Positions 17,491-26,684 of a stretch of DNA of 64,000 bases are shown here, piece by piece. This DNA comes from Candidatus Bathyarchaeia archaeon. Lineage in GTDB: Archaea > Thermoproteota > Bathyarchaeia > Bathyarchaeales > Bathycorpusculaceae. Numbering within the stretch: position 1 is the first letter of the stretch; each line of letters begins with the position of its first letter. The stretch lies in NCBI GenBank assembly GCA_050012255.1, contig JBEKHN010000003.1, forward strand, positions 96,001 to 160,000, read 5' to 3'. The notes under the pieces were generated by a model. The model did no database searches. It was given only the letters and a program-made list of their open reading frames with translations, and was not told the DNA's origin. The translations under genes were made by a program, and so were the position numbers.

Positions 17491-18957
17491 CTAGTGGCGC
17501 TGCATCATCTTTTTCATGGCTGCTTGAAATGTTTCCTGCAGGTATTCTCTTAATGTGTGATGCTTCTGTTTGGCGATTTTCTTCAGACTCTGGCTTACGC
17601 CTGTGGAGTATTGTACGGCTTTCTTAGGTCTGTCCACTATTGGCTGTGGAAGTCCAAGGTTGCGTGCCAGAATTCTCAGTACAAGCTTTCTCAGCGTACC
17701 CTCTGTTGGCTGAATCTTCAGCTCAATGGGCAGGTCAACTGCGAACTTTGCGACCTGATATGTTGCAAAAGGCAGTCTCATTTCAACACCGTGAAAGTTG
17801 CAGATCTTCATGTCTCTTTCCAAGTTGCTTTTATGCATCCCGACAACGTCTCTGAAAACTGTTTCTTCTGCTTTGTCTCTTCCCTTCCGTATATAATCGT
17901 CGACGTATCGTCTGTAGCCAGCGAAAAGCTCGTCTGCGCCCTGACCTGCCAGCATCACCTTGAGTTTCATTTCTGCCGTTTTCTCTGCCACCCAGTAGAA
18001 TGGGATGCCGATGCTCGCCTTGACGGGGTCGGGTTCCTCAATCAGGCACAGGACGATCGGGAGAGCTTCAAGAACATTATCCTCGGTGAACGAGACGGAG
18101 TGAATCGGCAGTTTCAGCTCATCCGCCATCTTTTTTGCATGTTCCGTTTCAGGCTGGTTTCTCATGCTCGCGTGTACCAGTTCGACTCTCACTCCAGACT
18201 TCTTGGCAAGGAACGCAAGGATGCTGCTGTCGAGGCCTCCTGAAAACGCGACTGCCACCTCCCTTAAGCCTGCAACTCTTTCCCTCACAGCTCGTTCTAA
18301 TAGAGTTCGGAGTCTCCTCGAAGCGGCCTCCATCGTGACCTTCTTCGGCTCTGAATAAGCAAGTGTTCTTGCCGAGCTGAACTTGAAGCCGCGCTCGCCT
18401 ATTAGAGCCACATGCCCTGGAGGGAACGATTCTACGTGTTCTATTCCGATTTTCCACAGTGCCTTGCGTTCAGAAGCCAAACCTGCGGAAAGAGTGTCCT
18501 CTCCATAGTAGAGCGGGCGTACACCCAAACTGTCTCTGCCCACGATGAGCCTTTCCTGTTCAGCAACTGCAAAGGCAAAGTCGCCTTCAGTTTGCTTGAT
18601 GAATGTCTTGGCGCTTTTCTCCCGATTTCTTGGTAACCTTAGGGCAAAGACTTCTGCATCGCACTTCAGCTCGTTTGATGGAAAGATTCTGCCATCAAAA
18701 ACTAGGGTTGCGCCTTCTAGCTTCAAAGGTTGAGGTCTGTCTCGCTTGAGAATTCTGGAGAAAGCATACCCAATAGCGATCGACGATTCCATTTTTCGGT
18801 TCTGAAATTGATCCAGGGTCTTCCCCGTCTCTGTTTTTTCTCCTGAGCCTATTCCGTAAGCTTCCAGGTTGGGGGTCTTCATTGTTTTGAGCATGGTCAA
18901 TGCTGTTTCTGTTGCATCTTCGCCTTTCTTGTGAAGAACAGCTATTATCGCACCCAT
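17491..18957 (-). CDS. asnB: Asparagine synthetase B-like amide ligase lacking the Ntn catalytic Cys
   Basis: GRDSLGVRPLYY, AFSGGLDSS, GQGADELFAGY, RPKKA; start MGAII at 18957 (the track's upstream extension overlaps purB). Confidence 0.85.
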   Translation of the reverse strand: MGAIIAVLHKKGEDATETALTMLKTMKTPNLEAYGIGSGEKTETGKTLDQFQNRKMESSIAIGYAFSRILKRDRPQPLKLEGATLVFDGRIFPSNELKCDAEVFALRLPRNREKSAKTFIKQTEGDFAFAVAEQERLIVGRDSLGVRPLYYGEDTLSAGLASERKALWKIGIEHVESFPPGHVALIGERGFKFSSARTLAYSEPKKVTMEAASRRLRTLLERAVRERVAGLREVAVAFSGGLDSSILAFLAKKSGVRVELVHASMRNQPETEHAKKMADELKLPIHSVSFTEDNVLEALPIVLCLIEEPDPVKASIGIPFYWVAEKTAEMKLKVMLAGQGADELFAGYRRYVDDYIRKGRDKAEETVFRDVVGMHKSNLERDMKICNFHGVEMRLPFATYQVAKFAVDLPIELKIQPTEGTLRKLVLRILARNLGLPQPIVDRPKKAVQYSTGVSQSLKKIAKQKHHTLREYLQETFQAAMKKMMQRH

Positions 18958-19049
18958 TCTAGAACACCTTTCCGCTCGTGTTGGTATGTAGTAGTTTGGT
19001 AAAACATTAATCTTTAATCGATGTAGTTTAGTTGCGAGGGATTTGCAGC

Positions 19050-20417
19050 TTGCCGATTCTCCCGATTGATACGGGTCGTTACGGAACAGCGGAAATGAGG
19101 AGAATTTTCGAAGAAGAGAGCCGCGTTCAAAAAATGCTCGATGTCGAAGCCGCTTTAGCATGGACGCACGCTGAGGTCGGCGACATACCGCGAAAGGACG
19201 CTGAGAAGATCGAGGCAACTGCTTCGCTGAAACATGTAAAACTGACCCGCATCAAGGAGATTGAACATGAAATAAGGCATGATGTCGCTTCGCTCGTCAG
19301 AGCTTTGGCAGAAGCCTGCGGTTCAAGCGGAGGGTATGTTCACCTTGGAGCTACGAGCTACGACATTGTGGACACGGCTAATGCTTTGCAGTTGAAGGAC
19401 GCTCTGGAATTGATCGAGAAAAAACTGGACAACTTCGAAAAAACCTTGACCGAGAAAGCTTTGCAGTACGAGCACACGTTGATGATTGGCCGAACGCATG
19501 GTCAGCACGCGTTGCCCATAACTCTGGGCTTCAAGTTCGCGGTCTGGATGCGTGAAGTTTCAAGGCACATGCAGAGGCTCAGACAGTGCAAAGGGCGCGT
19601 CTTGGTTGGAAAGATGAGCGGTGCAGTGGGCACGCAGGCCGGTCTGGGAGAGCATGCAATGAAGATTCAGGAGCTTGTCATGCAGAGACTAGGGATATGC
19701 GCCGCCGATATTTCAACGCAGATTGTGCAGCGAGATCGTCATGCTGAACTCGCATGCGTGCTGGCTTTGATTGCATCTTCGCTGGAGAATTTTGCCACTG
19801 AAATTCGAGAGTTGCAGAGGCCCGAGATCGGTGAACTCTTTGAGTACTTCGAACTTGAGAAGCAAGTTGGAAGTTCAACGATGTCTCAAAAGCGAAACCC
19901 TGAGCTGTGTGAAAGAGTCTGCGGCTTGGCTCGAATCGTGAGAAGCCTAGTCGTCCCAGCGTTAGAAGACGTTTCAACTTGGCATGAACGAGACCTAACC
20001 CAATCATCCACTGAACGCTTTCTGCTCCCAGAGACGTGTATCTTGACAGACTACGTGCTGTTCTTGATGAATAACATAGTGAGCAGCTTGCGGGTTGACG
20101 AGGAACGCATGCTCAAAAACGTAGAGGTAACTCAAGGGCGCTTCATGTCGGAGGCCATCATGATGGCGCTTACAAGAAAGGGCATGAATCGACAAGCGGC
20201 TCATGAGCTTCTCAGGAAACTGACCATAAAAAGTGAGCTTCAAAAACGATATTTCGGGGAAGTTCTTCTCGAAGACTCGACAGTAAGTCAAAAGCTGGGA
20301 AAGAGAGAGGTCGATGCAGCTTTGAACCCGAAGAACTACTTGGGCACGGCGACAAGGCAAGTCGACCTTATGGTCAAGAAGACGAAGAGAGAGCGTAAGA
20401 GCAGAGGGCAAGCATGA
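19050..20417 (+). CDS. purB: Adenylosuccinate lyase
   Basis: RHDV, HLGATSYDIVDTA, GRTHGQHA, GSSTMSQKRNP, HERDL. Confidence 0.96.
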   Translation: MPILPIDTGRYGTAEMRRIFEEESRVQKMLDVEAALAWTHAEVGDIPRKDAEKIEATASLKHVKLTRIKEIEHEIRHDVASLVRALAEACGSSGGYVHLGATSYDIVDTANALQLKDALELIEKKLDNFEKTLTEKALQYEHTLMIGRTHGQHALPITLGFKFAVWMREVSRHMQRLRQCKGRVLVGKMSGAVGTQAGLGEHAMKIQELVMQRLGICAADISTQIVQRDRHAELACVLALIASSLENFATEIRELQRPEIGELFEYFELEKQVGSSTMSQKRNPELCERVCGLARIVRSLVVPALEDVSTWHERDLTQSSTERFLLPETCILTDYVLFLMNNIVSSLRVDEERMLKNVEVTQGRFMSEAIMMALTRKGMNRQAAHELLRKLTIKSELQKRYFGEVLLEDSTVSQKLGKREVDAALNPKNYLGTATRQVDLMVKKTKRERKSRGQA

Positions 20418-20805
20418 GTAAGTACCCGTATGACGCGCGTGCCTACGATGAGAGATATCGCAGAGTCGTTGAGGCTGGAGCCGAATTATGGGAGGAACCC
20501 ATGCCCACGGAGGCCCTCGTTAAATTTCTTTTCGAAAAGAAACCGTGCAAGGGTTCCAAGTAGCGTGCTGGCTTGTCCCTAAATTCGCTGATAGCGCGCG
20601 CGTAAGAGCATATACATTTTGCATATACGTTTTGCATATACGGTTGGCGAGCATTGTTGAGAACGGTGAGGCTGTTCAAGTTGGATCTGGAGCTGTGTGG
20701 GCTGTTCAAGTGCGTACGCATAATAGAGGGACAAGGCAGCGCGCGAAAACGAAGGAACAGTACTCAGAAGAGTTTGAAACGGCAGGCTTCTTAATCGTTG
20801 AAGTT
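20414..20805 (+). pseudogene. Probable disrupted class I SAM-dependent methyltransferase
   Basis: 49-aa ORF 20414-20563 (MSKYPYDARAYDERYRRV...WEEPMPTEALVKFL...KGSK*) coupled to purB by ATGA and stopping where motif I would begin; C-terminal-like remnant RAKTKEQYSEEFETAGFLIVEV at about 20740-20805. Confidence 0.5.
20608..20645. repeat. 13-bp tandem repeat, about 3 copies
   Basis: GCATATACATTTT-GCATATACGTTTT-GCATATACGGTT. Confidence 0.85.
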
Positions 20806-20881
20806 AACTCGGTAGCGAAGCCTAATGGTTAGTGTTGCGTGCTCTTGGCCAGAAAGGCAAAGGAAAGTTGAGCCGCGGTTG

Positions 20882-23113
20882 CTAGTACTCGGTGAGCGCT
20901 TTCTGTTTCCATTCGTCTTCTCTTTCCAGCTTTTCCCATGTTTCTTTTTTCACGAAGCCGCCAACCTGCTCCTTTATCTTCTTCGCCAGCCTGGGTCCGA
21001 TAAGCGGCAGGTTTTGGAGCTCGTTGATCGGGACGCGTTTGATGTCATCAATCGTCTTATACCCAGAGTTGAAGAGTGTGCGAGCGCGGACTCTGCCAAC
21101 TCCTTCAAGCTTCACAAGCGGCAACAGCTCTTTCTTAACTCCTTTCTCAACTCTCTGCTGTGTTTCAAGAGTTTGCGGTAAAGCCTGTTTGTTGCCGAAT
21201 AGAAGAGCCAGTTCATGTGTGGCGTGAAGCAGCCACTTCGCACTTTCAAGCGTTCTGTAGAGGTCGCCGGGCTGCACGTTGAACTTTTCGATCAACCAGT
21301 CTTCGCTCGTCTCCTCGATCCATGCCTTAAGTGTCATGGCCGTCTTGACTTCGCCGAGAAACTCTTCGTAGGATATCCTGTCTTCCCATTCGTCTGGAGG
21401 GGGTATCAGGAACTCTTCTCTGTGTTCCTCCATGAACAGTGCCACTTGGTCCATCTCGCTCGTGTAAGGTCTTAGCACGGGGCCCATGTCAGGTGTGTGA
21501 GAGATCATGTGCAGGAGGCTCACGTCTGTCAGGAATGCAGGTTTTTGGCTTAGTGCATCGCGGATTATGACAGCCGTGACTGGGTCTATGTAGAGTTCGC
21601 TGACGCGTTTTCCAAATTTTGTTGCGTTGATGTTTTCAGCGAAGACTTCAATCATCTCTTCGTCGTACAGGTACTTGAGGATCTTCGCGACTATGCTCTT
21701 GATCGCGTCTATGTCGTACTGGTAAGCGTAGAATGTCTTGCCGAAGAACTCGTAGATTCCGTTTTCGGTGTGAGCGAAGTCTGCGGCGATCGTTGCGAGC
21801 ACGTGGGACCGCATTATCCTTTCAACTGCAAGCCGCGACCAAATGCGCTCTGGTCTTGCGAGGATGTAGCTCTCAATAAGATAGTCTGCTTCGTCACTGG
21901 TCTTGGCTACGAGTATGGCTTCACCTGTCTTGTCGTATTTGGGTCTTCCAGCTCTGCCAGCCATCTGTTTATACTCTAACACGCTGATGGGATAGTAGCC
22001 GTACCCAGCCTCCCAGCGTCTGTAATCTTGGATGATAACTGTTCTGGCAGGAAGGTTCACGCCGAAAGCGAGCGTTGGCGTGGCCGTCAGCACCTTTATT
22101 TTTCCCTCTCGGAAAGAATCTTCTATTATTCTTCGATGTCCACCAGCTAAGCCCGCGTGGTGAAAGGCCGTACCACACTTGACCAGTTCGGCGAGGGATT
22201 CGCCGAGCCTTGTTCTTTCCCCCGTCGACATGATCCTTTCTGCTTCGTGTTCTAGAGAACGCTTTGCGGGTTTAGATAGCACTCCGACAACTTCACTTGC
22301 CATCCTCTTAGCAAGTGTCACGGCATTTTTCCGCGTTGACGCGAAGACCAACGCTTGGCCTCCTGTCTTGAGCGTGTTCAGTGCCAAGTTTGTGACGGCA
22401 TCTCTTGCTCTCTTTTCTATTTTCCGGGCGTCGCCGTCTTTGTATTGAATCTCCTCGTGGAGCAAGACTCCTTCCTTTAAAGCAACGGGGCGCCACTCAG
22501 TGGTGACGTGTTGTGCCTTGAGCCATCCTGCGATTTCATCCACGTTGTTTATCGTTGCGCTTAGGGCCAAGATTTGAACATCCGGGTTGACCTGCATGAG
22601 CCTCGCCAAAACAACTTCGAGAGTTGGCCCTCGCTCAGCTTCATTCAGCAGATGCACTTCGTCGGCGACCACGAGACTGATTTCGTCCATCCACTTGGCC
22701 CTGTGTCTCAGAAGCGAATCTGCCTTCTCGTTCGTGGTTATGATTATGTCATACCTCTCCAGCCAGAGGTCTGTGCTGTCAAAATCGCCCGTGCTTATGC
22801 CTATTCTGACTCTTCTTCCATCCTTCTTCGTGATCGCCGCGTATTTTCTGAATTCATCGAACTTTTCATTCGCCAAAGCCCTTAGCGGCGTCAGGTAAAC
22901 GGTCTTCCCGTTCTTCTCCAAGATGTGTTTAAGGGCGCAAAACTCGGCGACCAGAGTTTTTCCAGAAGCCGTGGGGCTTGCCAGAACGAGGTTTTTTCCT
23001 TCAAGAGCTCCAGCTCTTATAGCTTCTTCCTGCGGAGGGTAAAGTTCAACGATTCCAGACCTGATTACGAGTTCTTTAACGGTTTCTGGTATGGGTAAGT
23101 CCGTTACCTTCAC
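20882..23113 (-). CDS. hel308: Hel308/Ski2-like SF2 DNA helicase
   Basis: PTASGKT, PLRALANEK, DEVH, LSAT, FHHAGL, QMAGRAGRP, C-terminal HhH and PIP-like QKALTEY. Confidence 0.96.
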   Translation of the reverse strand: MKVTDLPIPETVKELVIRSGIVELYPPQEEAIRAGALEGKNLVLASPTASGKTLVAEFCALKHILEKNGKTVYLTPLRALANEKFDEFRKYAAITKKDGRRVRIGISTGDFDSTDLWLERYDIIITTNEKADSLLRHRAKWMDEISLVVADEVHLLNEAERGPTLEVVLARLMQVNPDVQILALSATINNVDEIAGWLKAQHVTTEWRPVALKEGVLLHEEIQYKDGDARKIEKRARDAVTNLALNTLKTGGQALVFASTRKNAVTLAKRMASEVVGVLSKPAKRSLEHEAERIMSTGERTRLGESLAELVKCGTAFHHAGLAGGHRRIIEDSFREGKIKVLTATPTLAFGVNLPARTVIIQDYRRWEAGYGYYPISVLEYKQMAGRAGRPKYDKTGEAILVAKTSDEADYLIESYILARPERIWSRLAVERIMRSHVLATIAADFAHTENGIYEFFGKTFYAYQYDIDAIKSIVAKILKYLYDEEMIEVFAENINATKFGKRVSELYIDPVTAVIIRDALSQKPAFLTDVSLLHMISHTPDMGPVLRPYTSEMDQVALFMEEHREEFLIPPPDEWEDRISYEEFLGEVKTAMTLKAWIEETSEDWLIEKFNVQPGDLYRTLESAKWLLHATHELALLFGNKQALPQTLETQQRVEKGVKKELLPLVKLEGVGRVRARTLFNSGYKTIDDIKRVPINELQNLPLIGPRLAKKIKEQVGGFVKKETWEKLEREDEWKQKALTEY

Positions 23114-23262
23114 TCAGATGCGCCTATGTCTTCTGCTAGACACCATTAGAACTGAGACAGTTTAAAGCGTTGTGTGCGGAACGATTTCTCTTCTGGGTTA
23201 CGCTTTTCTATCAGAAACAGTGAATACTAGAAGGTGACCACGAAGGAAGAGCTGAGAAGCGT

Positions 23263-24486
23263 ATGGTTGAAAACGTTAAGGAACTGTTGAAGGCACACAA
23301 GCGGCAGAAACGTGAAGTGTACCTGGACATCGAGAACTCAAGCGCCGTCCCACCAGAAGTCGTTGATGCAATGGTGCCGTATTACGGCCGACTTGCCTAT
23401 GGAAACCCAACTTTGACGCACAAGCCGGGCTGGGAAGCGTTCGAAACGATAATGGAATCGTCGCAGAGAATAGCGTCCTTCCTCAAGTGCAAAAGTGTGG
23501 AGGAGGTAAACTTCACTCCGGGGGAAACCGAAGCCAACAACTTGGCAATAATGGGAACCGCTCTTGCGATCAGGGAAAAAGCGAGGAAGATCGTGGTTTC
23601 AGAGGTCGAGCCCATAAACGTCTTGCACGTTGTTGAGATGCTTCAGAAAAGCGGTTTCACGGCAACGAAGATTCCAGTTGACAGTGAAGGCTTCTTGAAC
23701 CTTGACAGACTGAGCGAAGCCATCGACCACGAAACTGCCCTCGTGAGCTTGTCGACGGTGAACCATGAGATAGGCACAGTTCAACCGATAAAGGAGGCAG
23801 TGGAGATAGTTCAGGACAAAAACAAGGAAACCGTCTTTCACACGGACGCTTCAGACGCGTATGGCAAGGTTCCGTTCGACGTGCAAGACCTGGACGTTGA
23901 CATGGCAACGGTCAGCAGCTACAAGATTTTGGGACCAAGAGGAATGGGCTGCTTGTACGTGAAGGAAGGTGTTGAACTGGAAAGAATCTTAGAAGGGCAG
24001 ATAGGAACGCAGAGGCTCTGGCCTGGGGTGGAGAATACGCCTTTGATCGTTGGTTTCACGAAAGCGTCTGAGCTTATTTTCCAAGATTTTGAAGAGAACC
24101 TTGGGAGAATGAAGAAGCTGCGGGATAAGCTTGTCGATGGAATAACCAGCAGAGTAGCGGACATCGAGCTTAACGGTCCCGTTGGAGCGAGGCGGGCTCC
24201 TGACAACGCGAACATAAGCTTCCTAAGATGCGAAGGAGAGGCTCTGACGATAGAGCTCAGCCTCAGCGGCGTCTACGTCTCAAGCGGAAGCGCCTGCTCC
24301 AGAAGGCTGCTGCAGCCAAGCCACGTTCTGGTTGCGATAGGCAAAAAGTTCGACCAAGCTCACGGCAGTATACTGATGAAGGTTTCGAGGGTTCACACCG
24401 AGGAAGACATAAATTATGCCTTGGAGGTAATTCCCAAGGCTGTTGATCGAATAAGAGGTATAACCGGTTCTACAGGAGCGGAATAG
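23263..24486 (+). CDS. iscS: IscS/NifS-family protein with altered PLP/substrate site
   Basis: YGNP, FTPGETEANN, NHEIGTVQP, HTDA, SSYKILGP, SSGSACS, PSHVL. Confidence 0.85.
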   Translation: MVENVKELLKAHKRQKREVYLDIENSSAVPPEVVDAMVPYYGRLAYGNPTLTHKPGWEAFETIMESSQRIASFLKCKSVEEVNFTPGETEANNLAIMGTALAIREKARKIVVSEVEPINVLHVVEMLQKSGFTATKIPVDSEGFLNLDRLSEAIDHETALVSLSTVNHEIGTVQPIKEAVEIVQDKNKETVFHTDASDAYGKVPFDVQDLDVDMATVSSYKILGPRGMGCLYVKEGVELERILEGQIGTQRLWPGVENTPLIVGFTKASELIFQDFEENLGRMKKLRDKLVDGITSRVADIELNGPVGARRAPDNANISFLRCEGEALTIELSLSGVYVSSGSACSRRLLQPSHVLVAIGKKFDQAHGSILMKVSRVHTEEDINYALEVIPKAVDRIRGITGSTGAE

Positions 24487-24488
24487 CA

Positions 24489-24995
24489 TTGTCCCGTGCC
24501 CCCTTGCCCTACAACCCAAAAATATTAGAGTTGTTCAAGAACCCGAAGAACCTTGGGAAAATGGAGGACGCCAGCGTATCAGCCGTCGCGGGAAACCCCA
24601 TGTGTGGAGACATGATAACTTTCTACCTGAAGATCAGCGACGAAGGCGTCATTGAGAAGGCATCGTTTGAGAGTTATGGCTGCGCCGCGAACATAGCCAC
24701 GTCAAGCATAGTCACTGAGATGGTCAAGGGCATGAAGCTTGAAGACGCGTGGAAAGTCTCCTACAAGAGCGTGGCGGAAGCCGTGGGCGGGTTGCCAACA
24801 GTCAAGTTTCACTGCGGCATCTTGGCCGTGGGAGCGCTGAAGAGAGCGTTAAGGAAGTATTTCGAGAAGACGGGGGCTTCTCCCAGTTGGCTGCAGAAAG
24901 AACCGAGCTTCGAGGAGAAACAGGCTTTGGAAGAGGAACAACTGGCAAAGATGCTTGAGAAAAGGATGAAAGCGGCAGAAGGAAAACAATGTTAG
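24489..24995 (+). CDS. iscU: Fe-S cluster scaffold IscU/NifU-N
   Basis: NPKNLG, GNPMCGD, YGCAANIA, LPTVKFHC. Confidence 0.94.
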   Translation: MSRAPLPYNPKILELFKNPKNLGKMEDASVSAVAGNPMCGDMITFYLKISDEGVIEKASFESYGCAANIATSSIVTEMVKGMKLEDAWKVSYKSVAEAVGGLPTVKFHCGILAVGALKRALRKYFEKTGASPSWLQKEPSFEEKQALEEEQLAKMLEKRMKAAEGKQC

Positions 24996-26227
24996 ACCCC
25001 TACAAGATTCGGAAGGATTTTCCTATTTTGAAACGGAAGATAAACAACCACCCCTTGATCTACTTCAACAACGCAGCGACTTCACAGAAGCCGAGGCAAG
25101 TGATCGATGCCATCAAGGATTTTTATGAGAACCACAACGAAAACGTTCATCGGGCTGTGCACACACTTTCTCAAGAGGCTTCGGAACTCTATGAAAGCGC
25201 TCACGAAGCAGTTGCCAGTTTCATAAACGCTAGTGGGATGGAAGAGGTTGTCTTCGTCAGGGGAACCACTGAAGCCATAAACCTGGTTGCTTACGCTTGG
25301 GGGCTTCGCAGCCTGAAGGAGGACGATGAAGTTGTCCTGTCGTTGATGGAGCACCACAGCAATATAGTTCCTTGGGAAATAGTCTCAAAGATCAACGGGT
25401 TCAAAATAAAATACGCCGACGTGAACAGCGATGGAACTTTGAACTACGAGTCGTTTGAAAAAGTGCTCTCTAAGAGGACCAAGATAGTTTGCCTTTCTCA
25501 CGTTTCAAACGTTACGGGTATAATCAACGATGTGAAGAGAGTTGCGAGGACAGCGCATGAGCACGGAGCTCTGATGTTGGTGGATGGGGCTCAGTCTGTT
25601 CCGCACATGCCGGTGAACGTTAAGGATCTCGACGCGGATTTTGTTGCTTTTTCGGGCCATAAGATGTTGGGACCAATGGGCATAGGAGTCCTGTATGGGA
25701 AGCGTGAGGTTCTTGAGGAGCTGGAGCCCTTCCAAGGCGGGGGCGAAATGATACGGGAGGTTTCCTTCGACAAAAGGACGAAGCGTTGTTCGATAACTTG
25801 GAATGTTTTGCCGTGGAAGTTTGAGGCTGGAACACCGAACGTCGGCGGAGCGGTTGGGCTAATGGAAGCCGTGAGATACCTCAAACGCATTGGCATGAAT
25901 AACGTGAAAGAGCATGAGGAAAGGTTGACCGAGTATGCCTTGCCTCGCATGCAAGATTGTTGCAAGGAGCTTGAAATTTACGGAACGAAAGACACATCGA
26001 TCAAATGCGGGATAATTCCCTTCGGCGTGAATGGTCTGAGCTCTCACGATGTTGCCTTATTCCTTGACAATTATGGGATAATGATAAGAAGTGGTTTCCA
26101 CTGTGCTCAACCCTTACACGAAGTGTTTAAGCTGAGCTCCTCTGCAAGGGCAAGCTTCTATATCTACAATACTCGAGAAGAAATTGACACGTTCGTAGAA
26201 GTCTTGAAGGAGATCAGTCAGATCTAA
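24989..26227 (+). CDS. sufS: Cysteine desulfurase, group II (SufS/CsdA)
   Basis: IRKDFP, NAATSQKP, MEHHSN, DGAQS, SGHKMLGP, RSGFHCAQP, RASFYIYN. Confidence 0.95.
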   Translation: MLDPYKIRKDFPILKRKINNHPLIYFNNAATSQKPRQVIDAIKDFYENHNENVHRAVHTLSQEASELYESAHEAVASFINASGMEEVVFVRGTTEAINLVAYAWGLRSLKEDDEVVLSLMEHHSNIVPWEIVSKINGFKIKYADVNSDGTLNYESFEKVLSKRTKIVCLSHVSNVTGIINDVKRVARTAHEHGALMLVDGAQSVPHMPVNVKDLDADFVAFSGHKMLGPMGIGVLYGKREVLEELEPFQGGGEMIREVSFDKRTKRCSITWNVLPWKFEAGTPNVGGAVGLMEAVRYLKRIGMNNVKEHEERLTEYALPRMQDCCKELEIYGTKDTSIKCGIIPFGVNGLSSHDVALFLDNYGIMIRSGFHCAQPLHEVFKLSSSARASFYIYNTREEIDTFVEVLKEISQI

Positions 26228-26496
26228 TGGCTAGCTTAGACGATTACGTGGCCAGGGTTGAGGGAACGTGTGGAAAGGAAAAAGACGTTATAGTCGTATT
26301 CAAGTATGAGAAGAAGGAGGAAGCAATCCAGAAAATTCTAGGAAAGGCTACGGTGAAGAAGTCTATCGCTGGAATAGTCTTCGAGCTGACTTTCAGGAGT
26401 CACTCTTTCAGGCTTTATGGGAGTGGTAAGGCTATTCTTCGAGGCCTAGAGAACAAGGATGAGCTGAACGCCCTTCTGTCAGCGTTGCTTTTATAA
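26227..26496 (+). CDS. Small hypothetical protein with a single Cys (EGTCG)
   Basis: 89-aa ORF translationally coupled to sufS (TAATG); FRLYGSGKAILRG strand-turn-strand pattern. Confidence 0.75.
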   Translation: MASLDDYVARVEGTCGKEKDVIVVFKYEKKEEAIQKILGKATVKKSIAGIVFELTFRSHSFRLYGSGKAILRGLENKDELNALLSALLL

Positions 26497-26684
26497 TCCT
26501 TGTTGCAACAGGAACAGTTTTCCCCTTGTCTTGAAATTGGAACATTTGACCTTCCGCTTCATCTCTCAATCTCAGCGTGCGCTTGCAGTCTATGTTCTTC
26601 TTGCTTCTAGCTTATTTGGAAGCTTCCCAAGTACTATTGGAGCTAAAAAGATACCCCCAAACGCCAATATTCGGTATGTGTCTT

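Noticed and set aside
18958-19218. N-terminal extension of the asnB ORF
   Set aside because: Overlaps purB antisense and the divergent promoter region; the family N-terminus aligns at MGAII
20608-20712. CRISPR mini-array
   Set aside because: Repeats are 12-13 bp, tandem or only two copies, with no regular spacers and no cas genes
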